NCBI GenBank assembly: GCA_964014485.1
Contig: CAXHAT010000148.1
Location: 1-20,409, forward strand
From: an uncultured Deferribacteres bacterium
GTDB taxonomy: Bacteria; Zhuqueibacterota; Zhuqueibacteria; Zhuqueibacterales; Geothermadaptataceae
DNA length: 20,409 nucleotides
Direction: 5' to 3'
Position 1 is the first letter of the stretch, and every line of letters starts with the position of its first letter. A program made the translations under genes and the position numbers. Below the pieces are notes generated by a model. That model made no database searches, had not been told where the DNA came from, and saw nothing but the letters and a program-made list of their open reading frames with translations. This document shows, piece after piece, positions 16,700-20,409 of this stretch.

Positions 16700-17344
16700 T
16701 TATGCGGAATCGGATTTGGATTGTTCGGCTATCGTCGGCCAGGAAAAAATATCATCCATGGCTGCGCTAAAACCGGGAAGCAATTCAGGGCAAGTAAGTT
16801 GTTGATCTTCCCAGCGCTGCTTGTTTTTTGTGACGACCATGACTCCTCTGCGATAGGGATCCACGATCCAAACAACTTGCCCTCCCTTTTCGAGGTAAAG
16901 ATCAGCTTTTTCGAAGAGCTTCGTCCATCGATCATCGGCTGAAATGATCTCTATGGCCAAATCCGGCGCGCGGGTCGCGTATCTTTTGTCGTGATCGAAA
17001 TTTTCATTCAGAAAAACAGAGAGATCGGGCAGCCGCCCTTCATAAGGATTTTCAGGCCAGGGACGCAATTCAAACTCAGTACGAACAACGCCGATGGGAT
17101 TTGCCAGAAAGTAATTGCCAAGTCGAATGCATAAAAGGGAGTGTGTGTCCGCATGTTTATTGTCCGGCATCTTGAAAACGATCCTCCCATCGATGAGCTC
17201 AAAAGGTTTACCGTCAGCGGCTTTGTAAGCTTCCGCCATTGTCAGCTTGCCCGATTGCGGTTCTGAAGCTTGCCGCCAAGCGGTGCTTTTGGGCGAAGAG
17301 GTCGAGCTCTTAACAACATCGGGTTGTTCTAAAATAGCTGGCAT
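16700..17344 (-). CDS. Uma2 / DUF820-family putative restriction-like (PD-(D/E)xK) endonuclease
   Basis: 214 aa. FELIDGRIV..MP..H, PDLSVF, APDLAIEIIS, K..LY..G..VWIVDP, ELLPGF. GGAG RBS upstream. Confidence 0.88.
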   Translation of the reverse strand: MPAILEQPDVVKSSTSSPKSTAWRQASEPQSGKLTMAEAYKAADGKPFELIDGRIVFKMPDNKHADTHSLLCIRLGNYFLANPIGVVRTEFELRPWPENPYEGRLPDLSVFLNENFDHDKRYATRAPDLAIEIISADDRWTKLFEKADLYLEKGGQVVWIVDPYRRGVMVVTKNKQRWEDQQLTCPELLPGFSAAMDDIFSWPTIAEQSKSDSA

Positions 17345-17454
17345 TCGTATACTCCACTTTTTTTGAGCTCAAATATATCTTCAACATTGGAATTTCCAAA
17401 AACTTTTTAAAACTTAATCATCACTAACGGAATAGTCAACAGGACATTTCACCA

Positions 17455-20172
17455 ATGCGAAGGCCACTGTATCTTATCGTTTTGACTTCGATTTGTTTTT
17501 TCGCCTTCCAAAACCCCGGCAAAAACGTTTCTCTCGTTCTTCAAAACGCCACGCTCGAGCTCGCTCTCGACAATATTTCCAAGCAAACCGACGTTCATTT
17601 TGTCTATGCTTCCTCGCATATCGAAAACATCGTGATCGATTGCGAATTTCGGAATACGCCGCTGCTTTCCGCGCTGGATGAACTGCTTCGCGGCACGGAT
17701 TTGCGCTACCGGCAAACCAGCGAGACAGAAATTGTCTTGTTTAAAAAACGCCCGACGCGCCTGCCGCAAATCGCCGGGGAAGTTGTTGACAAAACGAGCG
17801 GCGAAACTCTGCCCTACGCGAATGTTGTGGTTGCAGGAACCCAATCCGGCGCTTCCACCGATACGCAAGGGCGCTTTGTCATCAAAAACGTCGCCGCGCC
17901 TTGCACCTTGCAAATCAGGTACATCGGCTATGAAACCAAGCGCGTTGCGATTGATGAATCGTCCGATGTTCAAAACCTGAGAATTGCCCTGAATCAATCC
18001 GCGCTTCTGGCGGAAACGGTGACCATCAACGCCGAAAATTGGGACGTTTTTGAAGTGAGCGATCAGCCGGGCCAGCTCACGATTTCACCCTACAATTTTT
18101 CATCGCTGCCCATCATCGGCGACAAGGACGTTTCGCGCTCGCTGCAACTCATGCCGGGGATCAGCACCAGCAATTTCGGTGCGTCCGGCTTGCAAATTCG
18201 CGGCGGACTGCCGTCGCACAACCTGGTTTTGCTCGACGGCATGCCGCTCTATCACATGGATCACGCTTTTGGTTTTTTCAACGCTTTCAACGTTGACGCG
18301 ATCAAGGACGTGCGCGTTTACAAGGGCGGGTTTCCGTCGAAATTCGGCGGCAGGCTTTCCGGCGTGATGGAATTGACGGCGCGCACCGGCGATTTTAACC
18401 GTCCGCGCATGAGCGCAAGTTCCAACCCGATGAGTGTGCAAGGCACGGCGGAAACGCCGATTTTCAAAAAGGGCGCGTTGCTGCTCTCGGCGCGACGTTC
18501 GTTTTCGCAAAACATTTTGGGCACGCTTTACGACCGTGTTTTTACCACGCTGCGCCATCGCGTGGCGCCGGTGCATTTCGGTGAAGAATCGCCGGACGAT
18601 TTTCAAATCACACCGGACAAGCGGCGACTCTATTTTTATGATGTCCTGAGCAAGCTGACCGTCGTGCCGGACAAGCATAATATTTTTACTATAAACGCTT
18701 ACGCCGGCGGCGATCATATTTCAAGCGAAATCATGGACGATTTTGAAGCGGACGATTTGCTCGACGAAATTCCCGACCTTGCCGCTTCTTCGGAAAGAAC
18801 GCGCTGGGCGAATTTGGGCGTGAGCGGGCGCTGGTTTCGGCAATGGCGGCCGGATTTTTCCAGCCAATTTCAGATCGCGTTCACGGATTATTTCACCAGC
18901 TACGCCGCCGAGGAAGACGATATTCGTCCTGACGAAGATTCCGACGACGGAGACGACGACGGTTCGGGAGAGAGTGAAGATGACGACTCGGAGGAAGAAA
19001 GCGACGTGGAAGTCTCGTCGCGAAACGATCTGCGCGATTTGACCTTGCGGCTCGACCAGCACCTTGTCTGGCGGCAAAACCTGTCCTTCGATTTCGGCGT
19101 CACCCACACGCGCCCGGAAACAAGACTCAGCCTGAACGAAGCCGTCAACGATTCTCTTTTTCCGGACATCGAAGACTTTGAACCGGAAGAAATCGAAGAG
19201 TCCGCGTTCACCAATCTTTCGACGCTGTATTTAGAAAGCCGTGCTAATATTTTGAGCCGCCTGCGTTTGACCGCCGGCGCTCGCGCCAATGTTTACCACG
19301 CCGCTTCGACGGACGTTTTCTGGGAGCCGCGCGCCGCCGCTGATCTTGCGATTACGCCAGGCTTTTCTTTGAAAGCTTCCTGGGGGCGCAATTATCAATT
19401 CTTGCTGCAATACGGTGACGCTTATCAGGATTTGCAAGGCTCGCTCTCATGGATTCTCGCGGACGGCGTGGAAATACAGCCTGCGTTTTCAGAGCATCTC
19501 AGCGCCGGGCTCAAGCTCGAATCCCAGCGTTTTTTGTTTGACGCTGAATTCTACCGCCGCGATCTCGGCGGCTTGTTCGCGACTGCCTTTGACCCGCGCT
19601 TTTTTCTTGATGAAAATGACGCCGATCCATTCGCGCAAACCTCCGGCGGCGTGCGCGGCGTTGATTTGTTACTGCAAAAAAAATCCGGGAAATTAAACGG
19701 CTGGGCGAGTTACAGCTACAGCGAAAATTGGCTGGATTATTTGGCCGGTTCAGGGTTTGGCGATTACCCCGCGAACCAAAGCGCGCCGCACAATTTGAAA
19801 CTCGTCGGGAATTTTAACACGAAAAAATGGACGTTCTCCGCGACCTGGCAATACGTTTCCGGTAAACCATTCAGCACACCGGTTGTGCGCGAAGAATCCG
19901 ACGCCGATTTAAGCGTCCCGATCTACGTTTTACTTCTCCCCGAAGTCCGCAACGACCAACGCTTGCCCGCAACACACCGTCTGGACTTGAATATTTCGCG
20001 ACAATTTTATCTGCCGAACTTCAACGGCAGAATCAGCTTTTCCCTTTTCAACGCCTACGACCGGCGAAACGTCTGGTACCGCTACTTCACAGTCAAAGAA
20101 AAACAGCCCGTCCAGCAAGACGTGTACACGCTCGGAATCACGCCAACGTTGATTTTGGAATTGAAATTTTAG
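17455..20172 (+). CDS. TonB-dependent outer-membrane transducer (STN signalling domain, carboxypeptidase-regulatory-like domain, plug, barrel)
   Basis: 905 aa. Signal peptide, STN-like LELALDNISKQTDVHFVY..ALDELL, GEVVDKTSGETLPYANV..YIGYE, plug LQLMPGI..IRGG..NLVLLDG..VYKGGFPSKFGGRLSGV, RLPATHRLDL, FNAYDRRN, C-terminal Phe. Confidence 0.95.
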   Translation: MRRPLYLIVLTSICFFAFQNPGKNVSLVLQNATLELALDNISKQTDVHFVYASSHIENIVIDCEFRNTPLLSALDELLRGTDLRYRQTSETEIVLFKKRPTRLPQIAGEVVDKTSGETLPYANVVVAGTQSGASTDTQGRFVIKNVAAPCTLQIRYIGYETKRVAIDESSDVQNLRIALNQSALLAETVTINAENWDVFEVSDQPGQLTISPYNFSSLPIIGDKDVSRSLQLMPGISTSNFGASGLQIRGGLPSHNLVLLDGMPLYHMDHAFGFFNAFNVDAIKDVRVYKGGFPSKFGGRLSGVMELTARTGDFNRPRMSASSNPMSVQGTAETPIFKKGALLLSARRSFSQNILGTLYDRVFTTLRHRVAPVHFGEESPDDFQITPDKRRLYFYDVLSKLTVVPDKHNIFTINAYAGGDHISSEIMDDFEADDLLDEIPDLAASSERTRWANLGVSGRWFRQWRPDFSSQFQIAFTDYFTSYAAEEDDIRPDEDSDDGDDDGSGESEDDDSEEESDVEVSSRNDLRDLTLRLDQHLVWRQNLSFDFGVTHTRPETRLSLNEAVNDSLFPDIEDFEPEEIEESAFTNLSTLYLESRANILSRLRLTAGARANVYHAASTDVFWEPRAAADLAITPGFSLKASWGRNYQFLLQYGDAYQDLQGSLSWILADGVEIQPAFSEHLSAGLKLESQRFLFDAEFYRRDLGGLFATAFDPRFFLDENDADPFAQTSGGVRGVDLLLQKKSGKLNGWASYSYSENWLDYLAGSGFGDYPANQSAPHNLKLVGNFNTKKWTFSATWQYVSGKPFSTPVVREESDADLSVPIYVLLLPEVRNDQRLPATHRLDLNISRQFYLPNFNGRISFSLFNAYDRRNVWYRYFTVKEKQPVQQDVYTLGITPTLILELKF

Positions 20173-20365
20173 CGCCTGAAAAATCATTTTCCCCCCATAC
20201 ACGCCAAAAGCATTCGAACATAAACTTTGTGGCAAGATTTTTTGAAATCCCGAGTGCTCAGCGATTTTCCTGGCATCATTTATTAGACAATATCCGCAAA
20301 TTCTCCGAAAACAAAGAAAACTTCAAGACAAAATGATGGCAGTCAAAATCATGGTTTTAAAGAAG

Positions 20366-20409
20366 CTGTCTCTTATACACATCTGACGCTGCCGACGAGC
20401 TTCTTGGTG
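20366..20409 (-). other. Reverse-complement Nextera i5/Read1 adapter remnant (library artefact)
   Basis: CTGTCTCTTATACACATCT + GACGCTGCCGACGA + GCTTCTTG (reverse complement of index CAAGAAGC) + GTG; exact inverse of positions 3-46. Confidence 0.99.

Noticed and set aside
20230..20365. TGGCA elements and a possible truncated ORF start at the right end
   Set aside because: The -24/-12 spacing is wrong, and too little sequence precedes the adapter to call a gene.
1..20409. 44-bp terminal inverted repeats suggesting a giant transposon, linear plasmid or Tn5 derivative
   Set aside because: They are exact Nextera adapter plus index sequence, and no transposase or replication gene lies inside.

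Overview
About 20.3 kb of bacterial genomic DNA (47-20365) between two inverted copies of an Illumina Nextera/Tn5 i5 adapter, which is a library artefact. The host is probably from the FCB superphylum (KSB1/Calditrichota/Ignavibacteria-like); this is inferred from a YPNPFNP/FlgD-Ig C-terminal sorting domain and a Bacteroidota-style ECF/FecR/TonB set. Gene order: group II PLP decarboxylase; a nested cluster of REP-like inverted repeats; Nudix hydrolase; soluble PAS-PAS histidine kinase and NtrC-family sigma-54 activator; an uncharacterised outer-membrane beta-barrel divergent from yceI-yceI-CBS; a His-rich secreted TPR protein; a secreted putative zinc hydrolase; then ECF sigma, a hyper-acidic lipoprotein, FecR, an inverted Uma2 nuclease and a TonB-dependent transducer with Asp/Glu-rich loops. 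Two candidate undescribed systems stand out. (1) A possibly redox-sensing sigma-54 module with back-to-back -24/-12 promoters and a shared palindromic enhancer, driving a beta-barrel plus two YceI lipid carriers. (2) A cell-surface-signalling locus in which both the lipoprotein and the receptor carry polyanionic tracts. All functional assignments come from reading motifs by eye; no database searches were run.
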